DNA of 64,000 nucleotides from a virus (Duplodnaviria; Heunggongvirae; Uroviricota; Caudoviricetes): IMG/VR virus record IMGVR_UViG_3300010882_000011, positions 1 to 64,000 of that record; one strand, 5' to 3'. Shown piece by piece: positions 1 to 8,421 of this stretch (position 1 is its first letter; each line of letters starts with the position of its first letter). The notes under the pieces were generated by a model. It saw only the letters and a program-made list of their open reading frames with translations, ran no database searches and was not told where the DNA came from. The position numbers and the translations under genes were made by a program.

Positions 1-175
1 GCCATAGCCATCGCCAGAGCCATAGCCATCGCCAGAGCCAGAGCCATCGCCAGCGCCAGAGCCAACGCCAGAGCCATAGCCAGAGCCATAGCCATAGCCA
101 TCGCCAGAGCCAGAGCCATCGCCATCGCCAGAGCCATAGCCAGAGCCAGAGCCATAGCCAGAGCCAGAGCCACTC
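1..175. repeat. Hexanucleotide-based tandem repeat (GCC-ATA/GCC-ATC/GCC-AGA units, ~28 copies)
   Basis: Visible periodic gccata/gccatc/gccaga units from nt 1 to ~175. On the minus strand they encode a (G-S/D/Y/A)n glycine-rich tract. Confidence 0.8.
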
Positions 176-230
176 GCTGCGCTCGTATCGAGGAATTTCT
201 TAATTGCCTCTAGGCTTACGATATTTTCCA
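1..230 (-). CDS. Gly/Ser/Asp/Tyr-rich repeat protein, N-terminal part (partial; continues past the window start)
   Basis: ATG at 230-228 on the minus strand, then MENIVSLEAIKKFLDTSAASGSGYGSGSGSGYGSGDGDG... in an open frame through nt 1. Not in the ORF track because it runs off the edge. Confidence 0.4.
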
Positions 231-557
231 TACATCAATGCTGTTGATAGAATCAATAGCTTTCTGTGTGCAAGGTATAACCTCGATGGTTTGCGGTAAA
301 TAGATACCACACTCATCGGTTATAGTCATTGCGAACTTACAGGACTCTTTGTTATTCTTTCCAGTGATGCCCTCCTGCGCGAGTTGACTTAATGAAGCAG
401 CACCATACCAACTCCAAAGTCTTCTTGCATTTTGAAGGACACAATGTGTTCCTACTAGTTCTTTAACGTCTCCGAACCATACTCCTGCTGAATAGGTACG
501 AATAATACACTTTCTACCAATGAAGTGTCTTTCAACGAAATCTTGTTCTCTTTCCAT
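216..557 (-). CDS. hypothetical protein
   Basis: Track ORF of 113 aa, TAA stop, tightly packed with its neighbours. Confidence 0.5.
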   Translation of the reverse strand: MEREQDFVERHFIGRKCIIRTYSAGVWFGDVKELVGTHCVLQNARRLWSWYGAASLSQLAQEGITGKNNKESCKFAMTITDECGIYLPQTIEVIPCTQKAIDSINSIDVWKIS

Positions 558-562
558 AATAA

Positions 563-1141
563 TTACTTATGTTTATTTGCTAATGTTTTTATTTTATTTC
601 TATAATTTGGGTCTTCTGCATAAACTTTGGCAATGAAATCTAAATATTCATCTTCCGTTTTAATATTAGAAGCATATGTAGATTGCCAAAAGGCATAATC
701 CAATAAACTATAGTACCAACTTTCGTAGTATGCGAATCCGAACTGATCTCCATCCGCTGTATTAATCCTGGACTTAGCGAGACGCATTCCGAAGAGATTA
801 TTACTTTCTTTGCAGAGTTTTGATGTAAATGTAGCCGATTCAACTACTGCTTGGGCGTACACAATATGAGGAAACTTAACATTAAGTGCCTTAATTGCTT
901 CTTTAACTCCTTTTTCTGTTGGTCGTGATTTGTGTCCAGTTAGGACAACGTATTCCTTTTCTGTTATGATACATTCCTGTCCATAGATAGACTTACTAAT
1001 GTAGTATCCACCCAAGAAAGGAAAGATCGAAAAGATTAGAAATACTATTAGCCATCTAAATAGCATTTGATTAGGTAATAAGTTTATTTCCTTGATTACC
1101 ACATGGTTGATACTATCTAGAATCCTGTACCGTTTACCCAT
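563..1141 (-). CDS. membrane-anchored peptidoglycan hydrolase, glucosaminidase-domain (FlgJ-like N-acetylglucosaminidase)
   Basis: N-terminal TM segment; motif ...YAQAVVESATF...NNLFGMR matching the glucosaminidase (PF01832-type) signature AQAxxESGWG...NNLFGIK. Confidence 0.6.
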   Translation of the reverse strand: MGKRYRILDSINHVVIKEINLLPNQMLFRWLIVFLIFSIFPFLGGYYISKSIYGQECIITEKEYVVLTGHKSRPTEKGVKEAIKALNVKFPHIVYAQAVVESATFTSKLCKESNNLFGMRLAKSRINTADGDQFGFAYYESWYYSLLDYAFWQSTYASNIKTEDEYLDFIAKVYAEDPNYRNKIKTLANKHK

Positions 1142-2247
1142 TCTTTAATTGTTTTTGATTCTGGAGAAGTATTGACAAACAATTTCGCATAAATCTCCTT
1201 CTGAATAGTTTTGATTACCTGTTCAGGATTTTCAACTTGATCCAAACAACTGATAACGAATCTATTAGCACCTCTATAAGAGAAGTCCTGTCTATCTTTA
1301 TTTAAAGCGTAATTAAACAATTCCATACTAAGTGGAGCTGTTCTCAATTGCCCTTGATATAAGTTAGTAATGTTAGTTTCGTTCTCGTTATTAACCAAAT
1401 TTAGTTCCTGTTCGCCAGGTAATGGCCCAGCACCATGCCGAGTTAAATATGCTCGTAAACAGTACCATTTAGTGACACTGTTTCTGACCTCATCCTTTAG
1501 GTGTGCCAAAAGACCATGATTGGTAGTTTTACCATAAGTGACATAAGGATAAAATCCGTGTTCTCTATCTAGTAAAACTCCTTGATTGCCTTCAAAGATT
1601 AAGTGACCGTAAGGTATTTGATCGGAAGAAAATTGAATAGAATTCTGATAAAGATAATCACAGTCTTCTTCAAATGAAAATCTATCTAGTTCCAGTGTTG
1701 CTACTTCCTCCATAAATCTATCAACCAGATTAAGTTCCTTACATTTACTAAAATAGTAGTTGTAAATGTTTCTCAACTTCATCTTCCTGATTGTTGGAAA
1801 CTCTAAATCAGAGAGAATAAATGATATCAACTCATTACGCACTATGGTCTGCATATATCCAACCCCAACGGTGTTACCTTTGTTAGTTACCCTATCAAAA
1901 GCAATATCATATACAGTAGTAATGGGATTGTTATCATAAGTTCCAAATGAGGGCGTTACGGGCAACTTCTTCATTAGCAAAACATCTCTTTCATGACGAA
2001 AGTGAATTGGACTTAAAGTTACTCCTTTTCCCCATACAGACATAGCACCTCTTAGTGTTCCAGCACAGAAATGGTGAAATGTGTGAGTTATATCTCCAAG
2101 TTTTACGGTATGTCCTACCTGATGTCCTCCCGAATGTCTGATTACACAAACATCGGAGGGAATGTCATATTGAGAACAAAGATAATCGACAACAACACCT
2201 TTACCTTCATCTCCAAAGCCTAATCCTATTACCGAGTGTATATCCAT
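1117..2247 (-). CDS. purA: adenylosuccinate synthetase-like protein
   Basis: N-terminus GFGDEGKGVVVDYL ... HSGGHQVGHTV matches the PurA P-loop GDEGKGK and QGGHNAGHT motifs; 376 aa, divergent. Confidence 0.6.
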   Translation of the reverse strand: MDIHSVIGLGFGDEGKGVVVDYLCSQYDIPSDVCVIRHSGGHQVGHTVKLGDITHTFHHFCAGTLRGAMSVWGKGVTLSPIHFRHERDVLLMKKLPVTPSFGTYDNNPITTVYDIAFDRVTNKGNTVGVGYMQTIVRNELISFILSDLEFPTIRKMKLRNIYNYYFSKCKELNLVDRFMEEVATLELDRFSFEEDCDYLYQNSIQFSSDQIPYGHLIFEGNQGVLLDREHGFYPYVTYGKTTNHGLLAHLKDEVRNSVTKWYCLRAYLTRHGAGPLPGEQELNLVNNENETNITNLYQGQLRTAPLSMELFNYALNKDRQDFSYRGANRFVISCLDQVENPEQVIKTIQKEIYAKLFVNTSPESKTIKEWVNGTGF

Positions 2248-2248
2248 A

Positions 2249-3133
2249 TTATTTTATAAAGCTAACTGTGTGATAATCTTCAACTTTCGTAATGTCTTCT
2301 TTAACATAAGAATTATTCTTCAGAGTTTCTTTTACTTGTACTTCGCTGGCTCCTTGAGAAACAGCAACGGTTGTGGCAATAAGATCAACAATCTTAGAAG
2401 AATCAAGGATGAATAAATTCTCTCCTAATAAATCTTTCCATTTATCAGAAATATCTTCACCGTAAGTTCCATCAGAACAATGAATATGATAAACATTCCA
2501 CTTTTGCTGAGCTTCTTTTAAAAGTTGAACAGAAGCTTCATCTTCTGCTTCAGGATAACCAAGAATTTTCTTTAATTTAGCACTTTCGACACGTGGATGA
2601 TTCCATTCGTCTCCAATAGTAAATAAAAATCCTTTCTTACCTCTCTTTTCAAAAGCGTCAGTAACGGTATGTCTCGCAGCAAAAAGCCACGGCAACATGT
2701 AGGATTCCATTCTCTGTCCACCTCCCCCACCTTCTAACCAAATATTGGTTAAGTCGTTAGTCAATTCAATATCACCAGATTCAAATTGTCCAACTTGTAG
2801 TGGGGCACTATCATAATAATGGTCTCCAACAGCACAGAAACAAATAGTTACATCAGGCACTCCATTTTCAATTAATGCAATCATCAATTTAGTGAAGTGT
2901 TCCTGTGCTAGTTTATAAGGAATATTTCCCATTGATCCTGTTACATCAAATGCAACTATCACGGGAACTGTATTAGGATGAACATCAGAATCTCTAGCCT
3001 CTCTTACTTTTAGCTTGAAAGGATTCAAAGAGTCGTGAATTTCTCTTGCTTTAAAGACTTGTTCACGACTCATCGAACGATATTCTACTTCTCTACTCGC
3101 TGAACGAGTATAATCAGTAACTGTTCCTCCCAT
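2249..3133 (-). CDS. von Willebrand factor A (vWA)-like domain protein
   Basis: MIDAS-like DVTGSM motif near the start of a ~200-aa alpha/beta region; 294 aa. Confidence 0.45.
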   Translation of the reverse strand: MGGTVTDYTRSASREVEYRSMSREQVFKAREIHDSLNPFKLKVREARDSDVHPNTVPVIVAFDVTGSMGNIPYKLAQEHFTKLMIALIENGVPDVTICFCAVGDHYYDSAPLQVGQFESGDIELTNDLTNIWLEGGGGGQRMESYMLPWLFAARHTVTDAFEKRGKKGFLFTIGDEWNHPRVESAKLKKILGYPEAEDEASVQLLKEAQQKWNVYHIHCSDGTYGEDISDKWKDLLGENLFILDSSKIVDLIATTVAVSQGASEVQVKETLKNNSYVKEDITKVEDYHTVSFIK

Positions 3134-3136
3134 GAC

Positions 3137-3529
3137 TTATAAGAATGATTCAGGTTCAACGTATTCTTTACCGAAAAGATTACAATACTCTTCTTTAAGA
3201 GCAGTAAACCACATTTTCTCATTAGCCAATTTCTTGGTGAGTTCTGTGGTTTGGTCAACGAAGTCAACTGCGTTAACGTTGTAATCCGTTTGAATAGTGG
3301 TTGTGGGAACCAATTTGTGTAACAAATCGGCCTTAGCAGCCTGTAGTTCTCCAATCTTATTGAAAGAAGCATCAACTTTTTGTTTGAAAGTAACGTGAAC
3401 GTTATTCAAAACTTGATTAGCTCTTTCCAATTTGATTTTTGAAGAAGAGGCTTTCATCAAAGAAACAAGAGCACCCGTAGATGCTCCGTGTTCCTGAGAT
3501 ATAACTGTGCTATCTCCTCTTTCGTCCAT
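3137..3529 (-). CDS. hypothetical protein
   Basis: Track ORF of 130 aa with TAA stop; its start overlaps the upstream stop. Confidence 0.45.
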   Translation of the reverse strand: MDERGDSTVISQEHGASTGALVSLMKASSSKIKLERANQVLNNVHVTFKQKVDASFNKIGELQAAKADLLHKLVPTTTIQTDYNVNAVDFVDQTTELTKKLANEKMWFTALKEEYCNLFGKEYVEPESFL

Positions 3530-3906
3530 TATTGTAACATTGCTGTTAGTTCTTCAATAGACTTATTTGCAAGAGCTTCGTCTTGTTTAGAAGCGATAAG
3601 TTCAAGAATTCTCTTGTTCTGAGCTTTTGTCTCAGCAGCAAGTTTCTTAGCTTCAGCTTCAGTTTTCTTCGTAACGAAAATCTCTTTCAAGATACCAAAA
3701 CGAAGAGTGTTTTCTACATCTGGAGTAGTGTCTTCGTTTAAGAAAGACAGTTCATCATCGTTAGATGATGCGGACAATGTTTTCTTTGTTTCTTTAATGG
3801 TTGTGGTCAAATCTGCCATTGACAAATCCCACAACTGTTCAGTGCTAAGAACACCTTTTGGGGTGCTAAATCTTAGCTTTATTCTAGTTGCTTGTAAAAA
3901 ATTCAT
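3529..3906 (-). CDS. hypothetical coiled-coil protein
   Basis: Track ORF of 125 aa; Lys/Glu/Ala-rich predicted helical C-terminus. Confidence 0.45.
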   Translation of the reverse strand: MNFLQATRIKLRFSTPKGVLSTEQLWDLSMADLTTTIKETKKTLSASSNDDELSFLNEDTTPDVENTLRFGILKEIFVTKKTEAEAKKLAAETKAQNKRILELIASKQDEALANKSIEELTAMLQ

Positions 3907-6036
3907 TTAAAACTTAATTTTAATAATTCTGTTATGTGTTCCTGTTAATTTCACAATGAGCTCATCACGAACTGTGGCATTGAATCCAATACCTGACAAT
4001 TGGTCATCCGATGGTTTAATCATAGTACTGAAACCTAATACTTCCATTACTTTGCGATGATCTAAAAGTTCTGGGATGAGGTTTTCAACATGGAAACTTC
4101 TAATATCAGAAGGACATTTGCAGTCTTCTAACATGAAAAAGTAGTGTTTATTGCCTACGTTGTTTTCAGCCCAGTAATTTGGAGATAAACAAACCAAATT
4201 CACTTTATGAAACTCATTAGTATTCAAACCGTAGAATTCCATAGGTTGAGCATTTGAATCATGTAACATCATGTGATGATCTATCTTAACGAGTTGACCA
4301 TCTTTGATGTGAAGAGTAGCAATATCTTCCTTATCCTGAATCTTTCCATTCTTGTGATAAGTATAGGTATTGCCATCGAATTCGATTTCAGCTTTGCAGC
4401 CTTTGTGATCACCTCTGTCATAGTTGTGAATAAAGAAGCGATACCTACCATCTCTCAGTTTAGAACGATCGTTATAGAAGATATTCTCGACACCTAGTTT
4501 AGTAGGTCTAATCATATCTATATCGAGACGACCACCACATGGACTTCCTGCACAATTCACTCCTTTACAGTTGCCGAAGTAAATTTCAGTTCCCGCAGAT
4601 TCTACACAATGAATGTCCAAGTCGACAACATCTCTGCCGTCTTCGTTCCAAGTAATAGAGCCACGCATATAGGCGTCAGTTACACCACCAACGGATTTAA
4701 CAGCTTCCTTAATAAAAGAAACACCTGCTAAGTTACCATTGTAAGTCCAACTGTAGTTGTTACTCCATTTAAAGATTGGTTTACTTTGTTTATCTAGAGC
4801 AGTAGTTAAGCTCACCATATTTCTACGGTGTGAGTTTAACAAATAAGCTTCCACTGATGTACATCCTGGAAGAATATCCTTCATGAATTTCTCAATACCA
4901 ACTTCCTCTACTCCTTCAAACTTATTCAGTTTAGATGTAGTTTTGGTTGCAATGATGTCATCAAATATAGAAACTTCTTTAATAGTTCCTTTACCTGCAT
5001 TTACATGAAGAATTTCATCCGCTTTGATGTCATGTAACATAGCATACCTACGGGTAAACGATGCTTCATATCCGTTGTCAACAACGAATTGTTTTGCATC
5101 TGCTATTTGTTTTTTCGTAATCGGAGCTGTAGCTTTCATATAGTTCGCAGGGTCAACTCTTTTGTTCCAAGCCTCACAGGCTTTGTTGAGTTCAACACCT
5201 TCTGCGAGTTCGCTACATAGTACTCCAATTAATTCATTTTTGAATTTTGCAAATGGTAATCCATAAGATACATTCCAAGCATAATTGTCTCTTTTATCCG
5301 AAGGTACTTTATCGTATTCTACTTTAAAAGGAATTACTTGCTCAATTTTGTATAAATGGGTTTGTCCATCAAGTAAAGATCCCTGGTTGATGAGGTCTTT
5401 TACTAATAACAAAATATCTAAAGGAATCTCATCCATTGCGCGTTTGAAGACGTTCTTTGCATCACGGAAGTTGCCTTGTAGTGCTTCTACTGATTTACCA
5501 CTTTTATCAACAAACGCTGTTGGTAAATCAAGAAACATATGGTGGAATGTAACAACCTCATTGGGTTTCACAACTCCGAATTTCTCGGCTTCTTCTCTGG
5601 TATAACGTTTTACGTTCTTGTCAATTCCCAATCTATAGGTAGCATCATTCTTGTTGCATTTACCATAGTTAAGGGAGTTAAGCATGTCATGAGTTTCAAA
5701 GAATACATCCTGGATACCACCAGCTATAATTGCTCTTGAAACTACTGAGCATGAACGTTTATAGTCTTCTTTTGGGAATGCTATATCAAACATTGTAACG
5801 AGGTTCATTTCCTCATTTAATGCTACGATATTCCCATATCTGCGAACGAAGTTTTTGCACAAATTACAATTCATTTCAGAAGATTCTGGATCTCTGAATA
5901 TTGGGTTGTATTCCGCTGGAAATGCACTTAGGTATAAATCCCATACTTGCTGCCCAGTCAATGTGCTGCGGAACAACTTCCCTGTTTTACACATTTCATT
6001 GAATTGTTCCTGTATTTGTTTTTGAAATTGTTCCAT
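3907..6036 (-). CDS. large hypothetical protein (709 aa), Cys-cluster containing
   Basis: Uninterrupted 709-aa ORF with no in-frame TGA. No family recognised by eye. Confidence 0.55.
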   Translation of the reverse strand: MEQFQKQIQEQFNEMCKTGKLFRSTLTGQQVWDLYLSAFPAEYNPIFRDPESSEMNCNLCKNFVRRYGNIVALNEEMNLVTMFDIAFPKEDYKRSCSVVSRAIIAGGIQDVFFETHDMLNSLNYGKCNKNDATYRLGIDKNVKRYTREEAEKFGVVKPNEVVTFHHMFLDLPTAFVDKSGKSVEALQGNFRDAKNVFKRAMDEIPLDILLLVKDLINQGSLLDGQTHLYKIEQVIPFKVEYDKVPSDKRDNYAWNVSYGLPFAKFKNELIGVLCSELAEGVELNKACEAWNKRVDPANYMKATAPITKKQIADAKQFVVDNGYEASFTRRYAMLHDIKADEILHVNAGKGTIKEVSIFDDIIATKTTSKLNKFEGVEEVGIEKFMKDILPGCTSVEAYLLNSHRRNMVSLTTALDKQSKPIFKWSNNYSWTYNGNLAGVSFIKEAVKSVGGVTDAYMRGSITWNEDGRDVVDLDIHCVESAGTEIYFGNCKGVNCAGSPCGGRLDIDMIRPTKLGVENIFYNDRSKLRDGRYRFFIHNYDRGDHKGCKAEIEFDGNTYTYHKNGKIQDKEDIATLHIKDGQLVKIDHHMMLHDSNAQPMEFYGLNTNEFHKVNLVCLSPNYWAENNVGNKHYFFMLEDCKCPSDIRSFHVENLIPELLDHRKVMEVLGFSTMIKPSDDQLSGIGFNATVRDELIVKLTGTHNRIIKIKF

Positions 6037-6464
6037 TATATTAAATATTTTTCGTAATCTTTTCCGTGTTTGTATAACTCTCTTATAAATGACGAAGATA
6101 CAAAGGAATTTGTAGGTAGAAATATAGTTCGGACATAAGGATTCAAATCTTCGTTGATCCTTGCCAAAGCTATTTCGTAGTCAAAGTCAGATGCACTTCT
6201 TAGTCCTCGAACTATGAAACTGACCTCGTATTTATCACAATAGTCAGACACAAGTCCATCAGTGTAATCTACCGTAACCTGACAATCGAATAATGACTGC
6301 ACCCTGTCCATCTCTTCCTGCTGATTAAATAATCTTAACTTCCGTGGATTATCAGCAAAAAGAATGATGACTTCATCAAATATTGCTCTTGCTTGAGTCA
6401 CCACTTCGAGATGTCCTGAGTGAAAAGGATCAAATGTCCCTGGAAATACTGCTATTTTACTCAT
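6036..6464 (-). CDS. coaD: phosphopantetheine adenylyltransferase (CoaD/PPAT-like nucleotidyltransferase)
   Basis: MSKIAVFPGTFDPFHSGHLEVV (HxGH nucleotidyltransferase motif) and C-terminal ...RGLRSASDFDYE...SSSFIREL, typical of CoaD. Confidence 0.75.
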   Translation of the reverse strand: MSKIAVFPGTFDPFHSGHLEVVTQARAIFDEVIILFADNPRKLRLFNQQEEMDRVQSLFDCQVTVDYTDGLVSDYCDKYEVSFIVRGLRSASDFDYEIALARINEDLNPYVRTIFLPTNSFVSSSFIRELYKHGKDYEKYLI

Positions 6465-7080
6465 TTAATGCTTTTCTTAAAATGTTAATAACGCTTTCAG
6501 TTGAATTTGGATTGTCTGTGACTTCCCAACACTTGTGATGTTGAAAATGTTTTAACATCTGATGCTCACTCGCTTGAACTGCTAATATTCTTTCAACATT
6601 TTCTTCAAGAACATATGCTCCATATTTATTGGCTCTTTCAAAGCATCTCTTACGATTAATTTCATCATTGCCAGTGGTTCTGACAAATATATAATCAACC
6701 AGAATATTATCAAAAAACTCAGGATTAGCACATTCTACAATTAAAGCTTTTCTTTCTTCAACATTACAATAAAATTCCATACTATCCCTAAGTCGATTAA
6801 TTACAAAAGGTCTAGTTAAATACTGGATAAACCTCCTGTTTTCTTCAGCATTTCTGTAAAAGAAAATAAACTTTGCTATTTCTTGTAAATCAACTTTATC
6901 ATCTTGAACAAGATCTGGATATGGCATATACTTCAGAATATCTATAATAAGCTTATCCTTGTATGCTGATTTGGCATGTGAGTCACAGTCAAATATGGGA
7001 ATATCCAATTCCTCTGATATTTTTCTGGCCAGGGTAGTCTTTCCACTACCCATTCTGCCAGTTATTCCTATAATTTTCAT
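6457..7080 (-). CDS. P-loop kinase, dephospho-CoA kinase (CoaE)-like
   Basis: MKIIGITGRMGSGKTT Walker A at the N-terminus followed by FDCDSHAK (like CoaE IDADxIA); adjacent to coaD. Confidence 0.45.
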   Translation of the reverse strand: MKIIGITGRMGSGKTTLARKISEELDIPIFDCDSHAKSAYKDKLIIDILKYMPYPDLVQDDKVDLQEIAKFIFFYRNAEENRRFIQYLTRPFVINRLRDSMEFYCNVEERKALIVECANPEFFDNILVDYIFVRTTGNDEINRKRCFERANKYGAYVLEENVERILAVQASEHQMLKHFQHHKCWEVTDNPNSTESVINILRKALNE

Positions 7081-7082
7081 AA

Positions 7083-7628
7083 TTAAAATGGTAATTTGTC
7101 ATCTACTGGATGATAACGAAACAGGGATTTTACATCCCATTGGTAATCAATGCTTCCATCATAAATGACAATAGTTCTAATGACTGATTTGTTTATCAAA
7201 CTTTCCACTGTGTTCTTAATAAGGTCTCGAGTTCTTCCTGCATAGAAGGAGTCATCAAAGAGATAGTATCTCGCGTCAGGGTAAGTTTTGTGGAGATTAA
7301 TGAAACCGTTAGCTGCTCTGTCATATACCTGAACATCATACTTTGATTTCCTGAGTCCACCTGGCAGTAAAACGATACCTTTGAAGTGCTTATATAACAT
7401 GTCTCCATATTGATTTATGACAGCCTCTCCGAATTGGCCCGTTAGGATTAATACATTACTATCGGTACGATTTAAGATATTATTGAGTAGATGACTTACT
7501 GATAATCTTAGAATATCAACATCGCTTCTAATCATCATATCCAAAGCATCAAAGAAAGCTTCTCCTCCACTATGTTGTTTGAGGATTTGTTCAATCTCTG
7601 TATTTAGTTTCTGTGTTATCACAACCAT
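7083..7628 (-). CDS. phosphoribosyltransferase-like protein (putative)
   Basis: C-terminal YYLFDDSFYAGRT resembles the type I PRTase PRPP-binding motif (VLLVDDVxTGGT). Confidence 0.35.
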   Translation of the reverse strand: MVVITQKLNTEIEQILKQHSGGEAFFDALDMMIRSDVDILRLSVSHLLNNILNRTDSNVLILTGQFGEAVINQYGDMLYKHFKGIVLLPGGLRKSKYDVQVYDRAANGFINLHKTYPDARYYLFDDSFYAGRTRDLIKNTVESLINKSVIRTIVIYDGSIDYQWDVKSLFRYHPVDDKLPF

Positions 7629-7630
7629 AG

Positions 7631-8005
7631 TTACCTCCAGTATCCATAATAGCTATCTCCTTCATCATATTGAAAATAGATTTTTCTATCTACTTCAACA
7701 GATGTACCATCTTTGGCATAGAAATAGTAAACAGTTTGTGTTTTTGTAATACTTCCTCCACCAAAGAAATAATCACCTGCTGAAAATCTATTTTCACTAG
7801 GAGCATCTTTCGTTTTGATTATTTTGGAAGAGTTAGGATCGTATCTCGGTTTCTCTTGTTGATTACTCGTTTCGCAAGATACAAACAGGGCAACTAATAT
7901 TGCCAGTAAAAATGTAATTCGTTTCATATTAATAAATGTAATAACTGATTTGTCCGTTTTGTATTGACGTAGTAACTCTGAGATTATCAAAGATACGAAT
8001 GTCAA
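7631..8005 (-). CDS. lipoprotein (likely starts at internal Met ~7927)
   Basis: MKRITFLLAILVALFVSC signal plus lipobox inside the track ORF. Confidence 0.5.
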   Translation of the reverse strand: MTFVSLIISELLRQYKTDKSVITFINMKRITFLLAILVALFVSCETSNQQEKPRYDPNSSKIIKTKDAPSENRFSAGDYFFGGGSITKTQTVYYFYAKDGTSVEVDRKIYFQYDEGDSYYGYWR

Positions 8006-8144
8006 AGTTAGCTCGTCCTAATACCCAAAACAAGTAAGCGTACCCTGTTGTGTCATATAACATTATCCCTGTATCATGTGCAGAAAATGGAATGTTTGAC
8101 TCGTTTAGAACTTGCACAATTTGTTGTTTTAATTCCCTATTCAT
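7929..8144 (-). CDS. hypothetical small protein
   Basis: Track ORF of 71 aa upstream of the lipoprotein gene. Confidence 0.35.
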   Translation of the reverse strand: MNRELKQQIVQVLNESNIPFSAHDTGIMLYDTTGYAYLFWVLGRANFDIRIFDNLRVTTSIQNGQISYYIY

Positions 8145-8163
8145 AATAATGATTGATTCGAGT

Positions 8164-8235
8164 TGCGGGAGGTGGATTCAAACCACCGACCTTGAGATTA
8201 TGAGACTCATGAGCTAATCACTGCTCTATCCCGCA
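8164..8235 (-). tRNA. tRNA, anticodon CAT (Met/Ile2-type)
   Basis: Manual cloverleaf on the minus strand: acceptor tgcggga/tcccgca, D-arm gagc...gctc, anticodon stem tgagt/(t)ctca with loop CTCATAA, T-arm ggtgg-TTTGAAT-ccacc. Confidence 0.6.
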
Positions 8236-8339
8236 ATATAATAAAATAATTTCACCTGAAGTACGACTGCTCTTACGATTTTACGTCCGTGTCGTCGCCA
8301 ATACCTCTTGACTTGTCCTTGAGTTCCAAGATGAAATAA

Positions 8340-8372
8340 AAATAAAGGCTGTTTAAGGTACAGCCTTTAAAA
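8340..8372 (-). terminator. rho-independent terminator downstream of the SPFH gene
   Basis: 8-bp stem aaggctgt/acagcctt with 7-nt loop, followed on the minus strand by a T-rich run. Confidence 0.5.
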
Positions 8373-8421
8373 CCTAGTTGTAAAGTTCCCCTAGTCGTTT
8401 TTCAGAGGAGTACGACCAAAC

